Part shown: piece by piece, positions 52,213 through 64,000 of the stretch
Position numbering within the stretch: position 1 is the first letter of the stretch
Layout: the number at the start of each line of letters is the position of its first letter
Origin: Adineta vaga
Taxonomy: Eukaryota; Animalia; Rotifera
Direction of reading: 5' to 3'
Assembly (NCBI GenBank): GCA_021613535.1
Contig: CP075496.1
Span: 9,982,001-10,046,000, forward strand
DNA length: 64,000 nt
Program-made: the position numbers and the translations under genes
The notes under the pieces: model-generated
What the model was told of the DNA's origin: nothing
The model's database searches: none
What the model saw: the letters and a program-made list of their open reading frames with translations, nothing else

Positions 52213-52911
52213 ATGGCGTCCTGCATCATCAATGCACGTAACAAGTATTACCTCCCAAAGCAAGTTGCTTCTTCAACTCAAAACTTCGAAACAGATCATT
52301 TCTCTTACAATCATCAGACCAATTCCATCGATTGCAAACTTCTCTCTACCAACATCTATCAACCTTTCTTCCTACATCTCTATCCCGACATCATCCATGA
52401 GCATCAACTCACCGATGACATGCTAGATGTCATCAGATCATACACAAACAGTCGAACAAATGATTGCTATGTGAAAACCAATCTCAATCTGCTTAGTGCT
52501 CATTTCGATGATATCGATTGGATCTATGTTAATAAACTTCGATCGTTCATTCGTGGATTGGTGCAAACAAATATCAGACCAATGTATTATCGTGGTTTAC
52601 AGTTGAGTGATACCGAAATCAAATATTATATGGAGAGAAAAGGAAGTTGTTATTATACAAACTCATTCTTATCGTTTACAACTGATCGATTGTTGATCTA
52701 TGATGGAAATGCAATGTTAATATTGAAGACGGAAAGATCGAGTGAAAAAGCAAAGAAAAATGTGGCAAATATCTGTAAGTGGAGTACATATAGTGAAGAG
52801 AAAGAAGCATTGTTATGTGTTGGAACACGGTTGAATGTCGAAAGTGTTCATTACTATGGATGTCGATGGGAGATTGAAGTTGAACTGATGGAAGATGAAG
52901 ATGATATTTAA
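52213..52911 (+). CDS. Mono-ADP-ribosyltransferase, R-S-E (ARTC/cholera-toxin-like) clade
   Basis: Intronless 232 aa with YYRGL, SFLSFT and SEEKEALL (E-x-E), plus RSYT upstream and L.V..V / IEVEL strands. No signal peptide. Confidence 0.8.
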   Translation: MASCIINARNKYYLPKQVASSTQNFETDHFSYNHQTNSIDCKLLSTNIYQPFFLHLYPDIIHEHQLTDDMLDVIRSYTNSRTNDCYVKTNLNLLSAHFDDIDWIYVNKLRSFIRGLVQTNIRPMYYRGLQLSDTEIKYYMERKGSCYYTNSFLSFTTDRLLIYDGNAMLILKTERSSEKAKKNVANICKWSTYSEEKEALLCVGTRLNVESVHYYGCRWEIEVELMEDEDDI

Positions 52912-53305
52912 GATAATATCTATAATAACTATATCATACGATAAGGATTTATCGAATGTATAGAGTATATAATGCAAGTTGTTTGCTGTGTTTTTATCAC
53001 GATGTGCATTTTCTTTTGAAGATTTGTTTTTTTTTCTTTCGATAAACCACTGGTGTATTGTAATTATACGTTGCAGTTGAATGATTTTATTATTTGGTAT
53101 CGAACTAGTCGAAGTATGATACGTTTATTTATTATTCTATTAATTGCGACTCAATAACACAGCCATTTCTGTTGTTATATTGACGAGCGAGAGAAAAATA
53201 GAGAATATGGCAAAGAATAAAAAGATATACGAAAGCGTACGGTTCACATGGTAAAAAACATATTCTCATTGACTGCCGTACATAATAGAGATAAGTAAAA
53301 AGAAA

Positions 53306-53940
53306 ATGGCTACAGCTATTGCTCTTGCACCTTCGAATAGCACGATTCGTGTAAGTACTGATATACCATCAGTAACGACCACGACGAAAACTGAATTTAT
53401 TGGCTTTGATGGAAAGATCATTCGATCAACGTAAGACTTATCTTCTTTATCTATTTAATTTAACAATTCGAAATTTACTTCAGAATTGATACTAATGGAA
53501 AACCTAATCGTATTCATAAAGTTATAACAACAACGACTACAATTACTTGCTTTGGTGGTGCGTAAATATCTATGAAGAGTAAATTTAACAAAAAAAAGAT
53601 TTTTTCATTTATACTTGTAGAAGACATGTTAGAATTGAATGAAGATTCATCAGCTGAAACAAAATTTGTTGAACATGTTAAAGAATTAGGTGTTGATACA
53701 AAAGATGTTCTTCTCCATACAGCTGCTAATGTTCAACATGCATTAGAAACAGCAGGTGATTATATTCGTACTCAATTGACCTCTAATACTACAGAAGATA
53801 CACAGAAAACAACAAATAATGATCAAACTGATTTTCTTCATCAAGCAGCTGCATTTAAAGATGTGATTGTTCAAAAAGCAATGGATGTTAAAGATGCAAC
53901 AATCGATGTTCTCAAAGATATTAGTGCTTCATCTGAATAA
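53306..53940 (+). CDS. Small hydrophilic acidic protein, LEA/perilipin-like helical C-terminus (3 exons)
   Basis: Spliced MATAIALAPS...IIRST|IDTNG...TCFG|EDMLEL...KDVLLHTAANVQHALETAGD...KAMDVKDATIDVLKD. Rich in Thr/Ala/Asp/Lys, with no Trp. Confidence 0.55.
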
Positions 53941-54329
53941 TCAAAAAGAAATCATGAAGAAATCAAACTAAAATTGTGACTTTAGGTTTTTTTTATAAAT
54001 AACGCATTTTAGTCAAAGAAAATCATAAATTATTGATATTATAATTAATTATAAAAATCCATTTGAAAAGTACAATCTTCTGACGGAAATTGATTTAGAA
54101 AGATAAATAGAATAGAACATTATAGAAGTTAACTACGGAATATTTTTTAGGAAATTAAGTTGTATTAAACAGTACCGATTTCAATCAATATAAAATATTC
54201 ATAATCACGCGATAAAATCATTGTCTCATGATCAATAATGATTCTATGATAGATCGATTGTATTCGTATGACTATTTACAAATGATTAATTATAAGTGAA
54301 CAAAATATTTGTGTTGTTTAGTATGTTAA

Positions 54330-55082
54330 TAACTTACTTTGGTCGAATCAAATTCTTCTTTTTTGTATTTGGCGATTTGGTTATACATCTTCTCTGAATC
54401 ATAACTTCACAAAAGAATAAAGAATTCGTCGATGTCTAATCGAAGAACGAAAAGAATACGGCAGATATAACGTATCATTATTGCATACTTCGATCACTTT
54501 TCGATAACAACAAACGACAGAAAATAATAAATATCAAAGTAAAGCAAAATTTCAATCGTTATTTGTAAATATCTATCGTTACTTTAGTTAGATCAATCTA
54601 TTTCAAATGAATTTTAATACAATTATCATTTGTTTATGGACAGTTTTACTTTTCTTTATCTCGTTATGCTTTTCATTCGATGAATTTTATGAAAATGATG
54701 AACCTATTGAAATTACATCGCAACAAGCACATGAATTTTTGTATTTACCACAATATCTGGATTTCCATTTCAGTCTTTGATTTAATTACAACAAGATAAA
54801 ATGAAATCTCTTGCTTCCAATTGTATTATCCTATAAAATATACAAAACATCATGATTTATTGTCGTAACAGATATATTCTTTTATTTTAATTGTTAATTG
54901 TAGTGAATCAAATCTAATGTTTGCTTTCTCTTTTGTTGTTCTATATTTATCCAGATAATAAATTTTCCTCGATTTTTAACAAATCTGAATTAGAAAATCA
55001 TCTATCACTGATGGACTATTTGTATACACATTTAATGGGTAAACGAAGAATTTTATATGATATTGAAACTACTTATCTATAA
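54330..55082 (+). pseudogene. Degraded coding relic of unknown family
   Basis: Coding-like fragments (LDQSISNEF*YNYHLFMDSF...FYENDEPIEI; ELENHLSLMDYLYTHLMGKRRILYDIETTYL*) are interrupted by stops. Confidence 0.4.
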
Positions 55083-56417
55083 CATTAAACTATCATTATT
55101 AAATCTATTTTCATCACATTTCTAAATTCAACATATGCGTGTGGACAGGCAAAAACAACTCATAGTTCTTGCCAATAAAACATCAATTGTTGTTGACGAT
55201 CAATTCATTTCAATAATGTTTGAATAGTGTGTTAATAATCACTAGTATGTATATTCACTTGAAGACAAAACACGTCTAGGTAAATAACTTTCAGAGATTG
55301 AAAATTATCACACTTTTTAGGAAAAATCTAAAAATATGTTTTCATACTCCTACAAATATTTTAATAGTAGAAGCAAAAGTTGTCTTTCCATCTTCAAAAG
55401 ATACATCGAAACAGTTTGTTATAGTTTAGTTCCGTGATAGAGTCACGCTGGATCAAGGACATAGTACACGTCGCGTGAAATTGAATGTATCAGAAAAAAA
55501 ATCGAAAACAGAAACAATACATAGAAGGAAGAAAAAGAATCATAACAAATATTTATTGAGACAAACAAGATACTGAATATGTTTATGTAGATAATGACAT
55601 GGTCACACATATTCAAAAGAAAATAAAAACACAATAATAATAGACAGAAATGCAATATATACTAGACAAATTTTATTAAATAAACATGAATCGATGTGGG
55701 TATGAAAGTGACCTTGACTAATTAGTGGAGATAAGTATTGCTATATTTTATAATACGATCGGAAAAATGTATCAGATAAATATTTATTAGTGAGGAAAAC
55801 GATTCTTAAATAGATCTTGTAAGTATATACAATTAAAGGTAGGTATACCTATTTTGAAGTGACGTTTAATTGCGTATTCATTGGAGGATATTCATGACTC
55901 GTAATCATGTGACACTTTCTTTTCTTTTCATATGACATCAATTGAAATTAATCATATTTAATCAAGGATTTTCACATAATCTAATGATTTATTTACTTTC
56001 TTCATATTTATAATCTTGTTTGAAAACAGAAAGAATAAACAAACGAGCTATTTCTCACGTCACCGTATAAACATCAACATGCATGTATTTCTTTTTCTGT
56101 GAGTATGATGTTTTGCTATTGACGCTGCATTAAATGGTACATCGAGTCAGTAGATAGCCTTCAGATTTCTATCATGAAATAATTGAGTTCAAGTTATTTG
56201 AGTAGCTATTTATTCCACTTTCGTTGACCTTGAGCATTTATAAAGATGAATATTTGACATGAAAATAATCAGGTAAATGTTTATTAGAGGAACTGTATAA
56301 CGAGATGTTTTATTTTTCAAAAGTATATATTTTTCAAAAAGGTGTAATACAAAGATCATAACTCGGTATCGTCTCTTTCTCTCTCTCTATAAAGTATAAT
56401 TCTTTCAGATTACGATA

Positions 56418-58825
56418 ATGGCTACTACAGTATGTAATGCTCGCGCTGACTACTTTTCACATCCAAAGAATAATATTTGGTCATGTCCTGCATGTTCGTT
56501 TGACAATCCATTAGCAACATATCCTCATTGTAACATGTGTGATCAATCAACTACTTGCACTTCTATAAATCATCTGGATCATGAGCGATCAACAGTTGTT
56601 TGGCAATGTCCTCAATGTACCTTAATCAATAAGATAGAAGATGATCACTGTGAAGCATGTGATTACGTCAAACCGAAAGTAATCATTTCTATCTTTCGCA
56701 TCAAGTCATTGAACTCATGCATTCATTTGTTTTTAGAATCATAATCCAATGGTTCTAGTTAATTCAACAGTGGATGGATTATCAACATCAGTATCGCTAT
56801 CTGTTCATGATCGTCGACATAAAGACGAAACAGATGCTGAGTATATATTTCAACATATCATCAACTATTGTAAAAAGGTATCTATTGACTACTACTATTT
56901 ATCATCTACTAAACAGATACTTACATCATAGCATAGCAATAGTCAATAATAATCTCTTTCTTCAACTTAGGTTAGGACACATTTTGTTGATGATAGGTTT
57001 GTTCCATCATCTACTTCAATTGGAACAGATTCTTTTCAAGATATTTCACAATGGTTACGTATAGCAGATATTTCTCCCCTGTATGAAAAGGATAGATCAT
57101 TACCATTAACAATTTTCTCGTCACCTCAACCTACAGATATTCAACAAGGTGCACTTGGTAACTGTTGGCTCATAGCTGCTCTTGCTTTGATTTCAGAACA
57201 ACCACGTCTTCTTGAGCACATCCTTCTCACTAAAACAGTGAATAAAGAAGGTGTCTATCTCATTCGTATTTGTCACAATGGCCTGTGGAAAACTATCATT
57301 GTCGATGATTGTTTTCCTTGTACAAAACATAAACGTCTTGTTTTCTCTCAAGCAAAACGTCGACAACTCTATGTACCATTGATCGAAAAAGCGTGTGCAA
57401 AAGTGTTCGGTTCATATGCAAGTTTAAGAAGTGGTAATATGCGTGAAGGTCTTCAGTTGTTGACGGGAGCACCTTGTGATCATATTGATCTGCATCCATC
57501 CAATGGATTATTCGAGAGTGATATTGTTTGGGCAAAGTTGTTATCAGCATGTGAATCAAAGTAAGATGACTAGTAGATACTCGGAAGAAACCTAGTTTTG
57601 TGCATGTAGACTATTGATTGGTGTATCAACAGGTGGAACTGGTGTCAGTCGAGAAGAATATGCGCGTGAACATATTCATGCTAACCATGCGTTTTCAATT
57701 CTTGCAGCACATACACTTGATAATGATCCAGCTCAATTTGTTCTTGTTCGTGATCCTCATTCTCGTTCACGATATACCGAAGTTGCATTGACTACTACTG
57801 TTTTGAAACAACTTCGAATAGTGAACCCAGCACGACGATCCACGGGTGCGTTTTGGATCTCATGGTCTCGATTTCTTCGATATTTTTCATCGATCACTAT
57901 TTCAACTTACAAAAGTAGTGATTTCGATGTTCGTGAAGCAGGTAAGTTCACTCGATCATCAACAGAGGACGTAACAAGTTATCGATTTTATGTACCAAAG
58001 TGAGTTCTATATTGTATATATTTGTAGCTTTGCACAGTACGCTACTTTATGTTGTAGAACATCAATGGTCAATATCAGTTTGTTATATCATCGTCTTGAT
58101 CGAACAACACCAATTTCTCATACGCAATCGTTTGTCCTATGTGATATTGACAAGGAAAAAACACTGGATAGTATTGGTCAAAATGAATGTATATTAATGT
58201 GTAAACGTGGAGGATTAACCTGTTGGTCAGGGCCATTGAGAGCTGGTTACTATGTACTTATACCATTTTCAATCAGTTTTTGGAGAGAAACTGAGAAGAA
58301 TAATGATTACACCATTGTTATTCATTCTAATGTTCAACTTAGTTTAACTATTGAGAGCAAACAAGCTACGTTTCTTGCTGATTGTCTCATAGCAGCATTA
58401 ATAAAAGTTGGTGAAAGAAAACAGGTAAGTGATCTTGATATTCGTTTTAAGGATGTGTAGTTTGTTTTTTCATTTTTGTTCTTTAGGAGAAAGAAGCAGT
58501 ATTTTATAAAACATCAAGCAAAGTAGGAATGAAGATATTCATTGCAGAAAATTCTTCTGTAGCACATCATCTCGCTGTAGACATCAGTATGGAAGTGGCA
58601 GAAAATGTTCGTCATTCTCGTCGAAGTGTCCTACCTTATAACACTCATGATTCTATACCACCTCGTTATCGACAATTGATATTCATAACAGAATGGACTG
58701 AAAAAAATAGTAGATCGACTTATCTAAGCTATTCATGTTCATATAAACACGAAACGAAAATGATTAAAACATTACCAATCATTGACAATGCTGAACAGGA
58801 TCTTCACTTACCACGAGCATTTTAA
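56418..58825 (+). CDS. Calpain-15/SOL-like cysteine protease, copy A (two RanBP2-type Zn fingers, CysPc domain, SOL-like C-terminus; 6 exons)
   Basis: WSCPACSFDN...CNMC and WQCPQCTLIN...CEAC fingers. Contains DIQQGALGNCW, IVDDCFPC, LIEKACAK..GSY, NHAFSIL, GAFWISW and G.Y..IPFS. Confidence 0.9.
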
Positions 58826-61463
58826 TATTTATATAAAAAGATTTATTATATTATACTAGAATAAATATATTGTCAGATCATTGCTGGAAATAGATAAAAA
58901 CTTTTTATCTGACCACTTTGATTTTTAAAAGCGAAGGTTAATGTTTCTTGAAATACTGACGCACACATAGAAATTGAACTCAAGAAATTACAATAAAAAT
59001 TGCTCAACTTTCTTCGAAAAATTCAAATTCATATTTTCATCACGATTTCTTTCATATGAATAATTTCAATGAACTCTCATTCATATCATGAATAATAATA
59101 CATGACTCATCGATTGTAAATAGTTAAGAATACTGTGCCATAGTTTGGTGTTTCTTGAAACAGAAAAGAAGTATTATTGTTAAAGAATCATTCGAGTGCG
59201 ATGACGTCATTCGTCTTCCTACGACGATGAGTTTTGAAGAGGCAAAGAGAGGACATTTCTCTCCCAACATATCACATTCATTGACGTTGCTAAAAGTAAC
59301 TAATCTGTATATTGTCACCTATAAAAGTCACATGACTTTTGAATGAGAAGAGCATTGTGAAAAATATATATTATACAACTCAACAGAAATGCATCATCAT
59401 AGAGGTAGGATGTATTTTTTATATTATATTTTTTACTAAGCACAACCGGGAAACAGTTTATTTTACAATAATTTTTTTCCGAGAAAATACCAAGTTTGTC
59501 AATGTTACTGGTTACTAATGAGTCGGTTTTTTTCACAAAAGGTAAGACATGGATTTTTCTTTTCTTCGTTTATGCGAACAAAAACCTTCTTTAAACATTT
59601 TCAGTGACTCATGCAAATGATGTCTGAATCTCGTTGTTATGTTTCTTTTACTTCATATCGCTGTGATAACTTTTCTTTTTCAATGATTTTGATTTATTTT
59701 CATTATATCGTTTACATTAAAAATTTAGAATTGAAAGTATAGAGTAGTTTTAAATTAATTTTACCATATTTCTATAGTACATATGGATATTGTTCTATAG
59801 ATAAATAAATGGGAAATTAAATCCTAAATCAAATAACTCGTTATAATGGCTAAAAGTCTATTTCACGATGATTTTGATTTACAGTCCACTATAGTCGGCT
59901 ATGAATGGTCATGTTCAAAGTGTACTTACAATAATTCGATAGCCGTACATCCTTGTTGTGAAATCTGCGGAGAGGTAGATCCTCATACCTTCGATGGATT
60001 TACAAATACTGCTCAATTGATACCAATATGGGATTGCCCACGATGTACACTTAGGAATGTATTTATCAATCAACAATGTACGGCCTGTGGTCATGGAAAG
60101 CCTTCATTAGTAAATCGTAAATTTTATAAATACTACAACATGATTCTTTTGATTGGTTTTATTTAGAATTCAAATAATATAACACAGATTGATTTGAAAA
60201 AAGCTTTATCATTAACACATACCTCATTAACTGTTCGTGATCGACGAATTAAACATGAATTAGAAGCGGAGAAGATTTTTCAACATATAATTTTACATTG
60301 CCGCCAGGTATTGTAACGAATTAAAAGTAAACGTTTCCAAATTTCTGAAAAAAATCGTATTCTCTTTTTTCTCATCATATATTAATAACATTTCTAAATC
60401 ATCTTTTGCGCTAGTTCAAATTTCAATATTCTTTAGAATAGTACACATTTCATCGACGATCAATTTACGCCAAGCAGTCGATCTATTGGTGCAGGATCGT
60501 ACGACGATGTTGCACAGTGGTTGCGTATAAAAGATATTATCTCTGCGTCTTCTGATGATCAATCACTGCCATTAGCAATCTTCTCGTCACCTCAACCAAC
60601 CGATATTCAACAAGGTGCACTTGGTAACTGTTGGCTCATAGCTGCTCTTGCTTTGATTTCAGAACAACCACGTCTTCTTGAGCATATCCTTCTCACTAAA
60701 ACAGTGAATAAAGAAGGTGTCTATCTCATTCGTATTTGTCACAATGGCCTGTGGAAAACTATCATTGTCGATGACTGTTTTCCTTGTACAAAACATAAAC
60801 GTCTTGTTTTCTCTCAAGCAAAACGTCGACAACTCTATGTACCATTGATCGAAAAAGCGTGTGCAAAAGTGTTCGGTTCATATGCAAGTTTAAAAAGCGG
60901 TAATATGCTTGAAGGTCTTCAGTTGTTGACGGGAGCATCTTGTGATTATATTGATCTTTGTTCAAGTGGCCAACCTTTAGATGGCGATATGGTTTGGGCA
61001 AAGTTGTTATCAGCATGTGAATCAAAGTAAGATGACTAGTAGATACTCGGAAGAAACCTAGTTTTGTGCATGTAGACTATTGATTGGTGTATCAACAGGT
61101 GGAACTGGTGTCAGTCGAGAAGAATATGCGCGTGAACATATTCATGCTAACCATGCGTTTTCAATTCTTGCAGCATATACACTCAAAACTGGTCAATCTC
61201 GATTTGTTCTTGTTCGTGATCCTCATTCTCGTTCACGATATACCGAAGATGCAGTGACAGCCAATGTTCTAAATGAACTTCGACAAGTAAATGCTGCACA
61301 ACGATCAGCGGGTGCGTTTTGGATCTCATGGTCTCGATTTCTTCGATATTTTTCATCGATCACTATTTCAACTTACAAAAGTAGTGATTTCGATGTTCGT
61401 GAAGCAGGTAAGTTCACTCGATCATCAACAGAGGATGTAACGAGTTATCGATTTTATGTACCA
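57115..61463 (+). repeat. Direct repeat: 57115-57997 vs 60581-61463 (constant offset 3466 nt)
   Basis: Collinear, apparently indel-free, near-identical blocks, including an identical 49-nt intron (57561-57609 = 61027-61075). Confidence 0.93.
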
Positions 61464-62290
61464 CAGTAAGTTTCATGTTGCATATATGTATACCATTATC
61501 CACTGTGCTATTGTATATTGTAGTTCATCGATGGTTACCATTAGTCTTTTGTACCATCGTCTTCACAGGAAGACACGTAGTTTTCATACGCAAACCTTTG
61601 TCTTATGTGACATTGACGTTTCAGCAACAAATCGTGCTGTGGGTAGAAAATATAGTAAACTAATATCTCAGCGTGGGGGGTTCACTTATTGGTCAGATTT
61701 ATTATCAGCTGGCTACTATGTACTTATACCATTTTCAATCAGTTTTTGGGAATCATCCGGAAAACATACCGATTTCACAATTGTTATTCACTCCAGCATT
61801 CAACTTGAATTAACTATGAAGAATAAACGAGCAACATTTCTTGCTGACTGTTTAATAGCAGCATTGAAAAAATCAGGTGAACGAAAACCGGTCAGCTATT
61901 AAATAATACTTAGAGATGTATTTTTTCATGTTGCTTGTCTTTTCGTTCTAGGGAAAAGATGTTGTCTTCTATAAAACACAAAAAAAATCTGCTACAACCG
62001 TGTTTATGGTTGAGAATTTGTCAAGAAATAAATATTTATGTGTAAATATTGATATAGAAGAGGCCAAAAATATTCGTCACTCTCGTCACTCTAGACTCCC
62101 TAGTAAAACTCATGATTGTGTTCCGCAGCAACATCATCAATTGTTATTTATCACTGAATGGTCGGATAAACAAAATGGGGATTGTCGTTTCAAGTATACA
62201 TATACACACTATCATGAAACTAAAACCAGTGCAACGACACCAGCCATCGATATTTCTAGACATGATTTACATTCGCCACGACAAACATAA
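59846..62290 (+). CDS. Calpain-15/SOL-like cysteine protease, copy B (tandem paralog)
   Basis: WSCSKCTYNN...CEIC and WDCPRCTLRN...CTAC fingers. Same exon structure and catalytic-domain motifs as copy A. Confidence 0.9.
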
Positions 62291-64000
62291 TACTGTCTGA
62301 TTATCAATTCGAAATAAAGCTGTTTTTTTCTATTTGTTATATACTAGATACTGAGAATGAGCATGATTCCAATCGATTTGCTTCCTTTTAATTTATTAAG
62401 TAATGTCTTTATTAGAAAATATTGCATCAGAATAAAGAAGTAAAAGTTCATTTTAACAATTTACTTTCCACAATGGGAGCGCACTGTTATTGCACAGAAG
62501 CAATCAATTTTCATCTTGCACTTTTGTTTTACTCTACCTGCTCCTTCTTTTTATAATTAAATATATTGGTGTGTTTTCTTCAAGATGCTCTATTATCATT
62601 CGATAAGAATTATTTCTAAAAAATATTCAAAGTACGTCAACAATATTCTATTTCATTGAATCATGAATATTTACGTCAGTTTGCATGTTTATACCATGGA
62701 ATATGTGATTATAGTATTGATAGTTATGACAAATCAACTCGAAAATATAAGACCAAGCAATTTAATTATAATTTCTGTAGTTTACTTTTTCCGATCACAA
62801 TTGCAAGTCAAATAAATTTATTAAGTATAACTATTTGCCTTTTAACCAAGATTATTTTTACGAAATGGTATTGATGTGAATGCTTTACGACAGACATCAT
62901 TTGATTTGGCGATGAATAACGATACGAAACAAATACTTAAGAATAAAACAAAACTTAGTTTGAAATCGCTTGTATGCATTCGTTGATAATAATTATTAAT
63001 CTAATTAATGACAACAAGACTTTTAGAATAGATTTTAAAACAATGCTCGCATTTGTGACAAATTATAGTTATCATCGGCATGAATGACTGAAAAATAAAA
63101 GTTTATTAATCGAAAGATTCATATGAAATGCTATGAGACTACGACAAATCTATGCAACAAATTTTTTAATTTTTTAAGAAAAAGGAAACTTTACTATACC
63201 AAATACAATTATCTTTTTTAGCTTTGATAATATTTTAATGTCATCAGTAGATGGCTCTCCATAGCACTCATCTAGTTACACACATAACATTGACTGAATG
63301 TCCTTGATCCTTTTTTTGTATACGGCTACATCGTATGGTCGTGGTTGATCGATTTTCAATCGTTACTGTTTTTCTCTATCTGTAACGGCACCTTTCTTGT
63401 TTTTTTATTATTGTGATCTATCATACCTGTTATTTATTATGGTAATAAAACATCTTATTTACAGATATTATTATTGATCATTATTTGATATGTCATCGAA
63501 CGACAAGGAAGTATGTTAATAATTATTTGAAAGTTAATATGATCTTTTTTTACGATAGTATTGGACCTATAAAGTATGATTCTATTTTGATAGTAGAATA
63601 ATTTCCAAAACTGACGAGTTCACTAATGAAAGTAATGGTAATTATAGTTGTATCTTCTTCTACAAACATGCACGACTCTCAATTAGATAAAAATCTATAG
63701 AATAATATATGAGTGTTTTGAAGTTTACTATTAATTAGAATTACTTAGTTGGTAGTTTTTTTTTGAGAATCAGTTCTAGTCGATGAAGCAAAGTTTCGAA
63801 TTATTTCAGTCAATCGAAGTAATGTTTCATCATGTTTCTGAAAATTATCATTTTTGTAAGATGAAAAGACTCTTACTTAGTCTTTATAAAATTTCACCTA
63901 TCGTATAGTCAAAAATCATTATAGACTTCAAGGGTATCAAATGAAAATGATATTTAGAATCTTTTACGTTTCATTAGAGTGAACCGTTCCTATGAATTAA

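Noticed and set aside
58873-58913. Small inverted repeat (gtcagat...agataaaaactttttatctgac) downstream of calpain A
   Set aside because: It is short and AT-rich, with no target-site duplication or second copy seen, so it is likely chance.
57296-61025. Pair of similar 87-aa minus-strand ORFs
   Set aside because: They are antisense shadows of the duplicated calpain exon, and their similarity simply reflects the repeat.
1-64000. Prokaryotic interpretation (operons, CRISPR arrays, defence islands)
   Set aside because: Spliceosomal introns and metazoan genes occur throughout, and no regularly spaced repeat-spacer array was seen.
62300-64000. Terminal region, including a 72-aa ORF
   Set aside because: No convincing coding or structural signal; at most an unidentifiable decayed sequence.

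Overview
This window is eukaryotic, very AT-rich DNA with short (about 45-70 nt) GT-AG introns, so the ORF track fragments most genes. The gene repertoire points to a bdelloid rotifer (Adineta/Rotaria-like); this is an inference from gene content. Supporting genes include many divergent class-A GPCRs, an apple-like plus beta-propeller secreted protein, ART/TPR proteins, a PPR-DYW relic and several bacterial-looking genes. Conserved metazoan genes are ERH, a multi-exon kinesin-3 (unc-104/KIF1A), an M13 neprilysin, an insulin-like peptide, a CD225/dispanin protein and two tandem calpain-15/SOL-like proteases. Interspersed are probable horizontally acquired genes (TauD/BBOX-like dioxygenase, cysteine-desulfurase-like PLP enzyme, a secreted bacterial-like protein, a YfaP/DUF2135-like domain protein and an intronless polytopic membrane protein), three ADP-ribosyltransferase-family genes and several pseudogenes. 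The most notable signals are: (1) the calpain pair shows patchwork near-identity that includes an identical intron, and both copies carry Asp-Pro-His in place of the catalytic Asn-Pro-Trp; (2) unc-104 has a tandemly duplicated, frame-symmetric exon pair; (3) one apparently active ART sits alongside two lipid-anchored pseudo-ARTs; (4) the insulin carries an extra two-Cys N-terminal module; (5) a decayed plant-type PPR-DYW gene is present. No rRNA, tRNA, CRISPR array or intact transposon was recognised.
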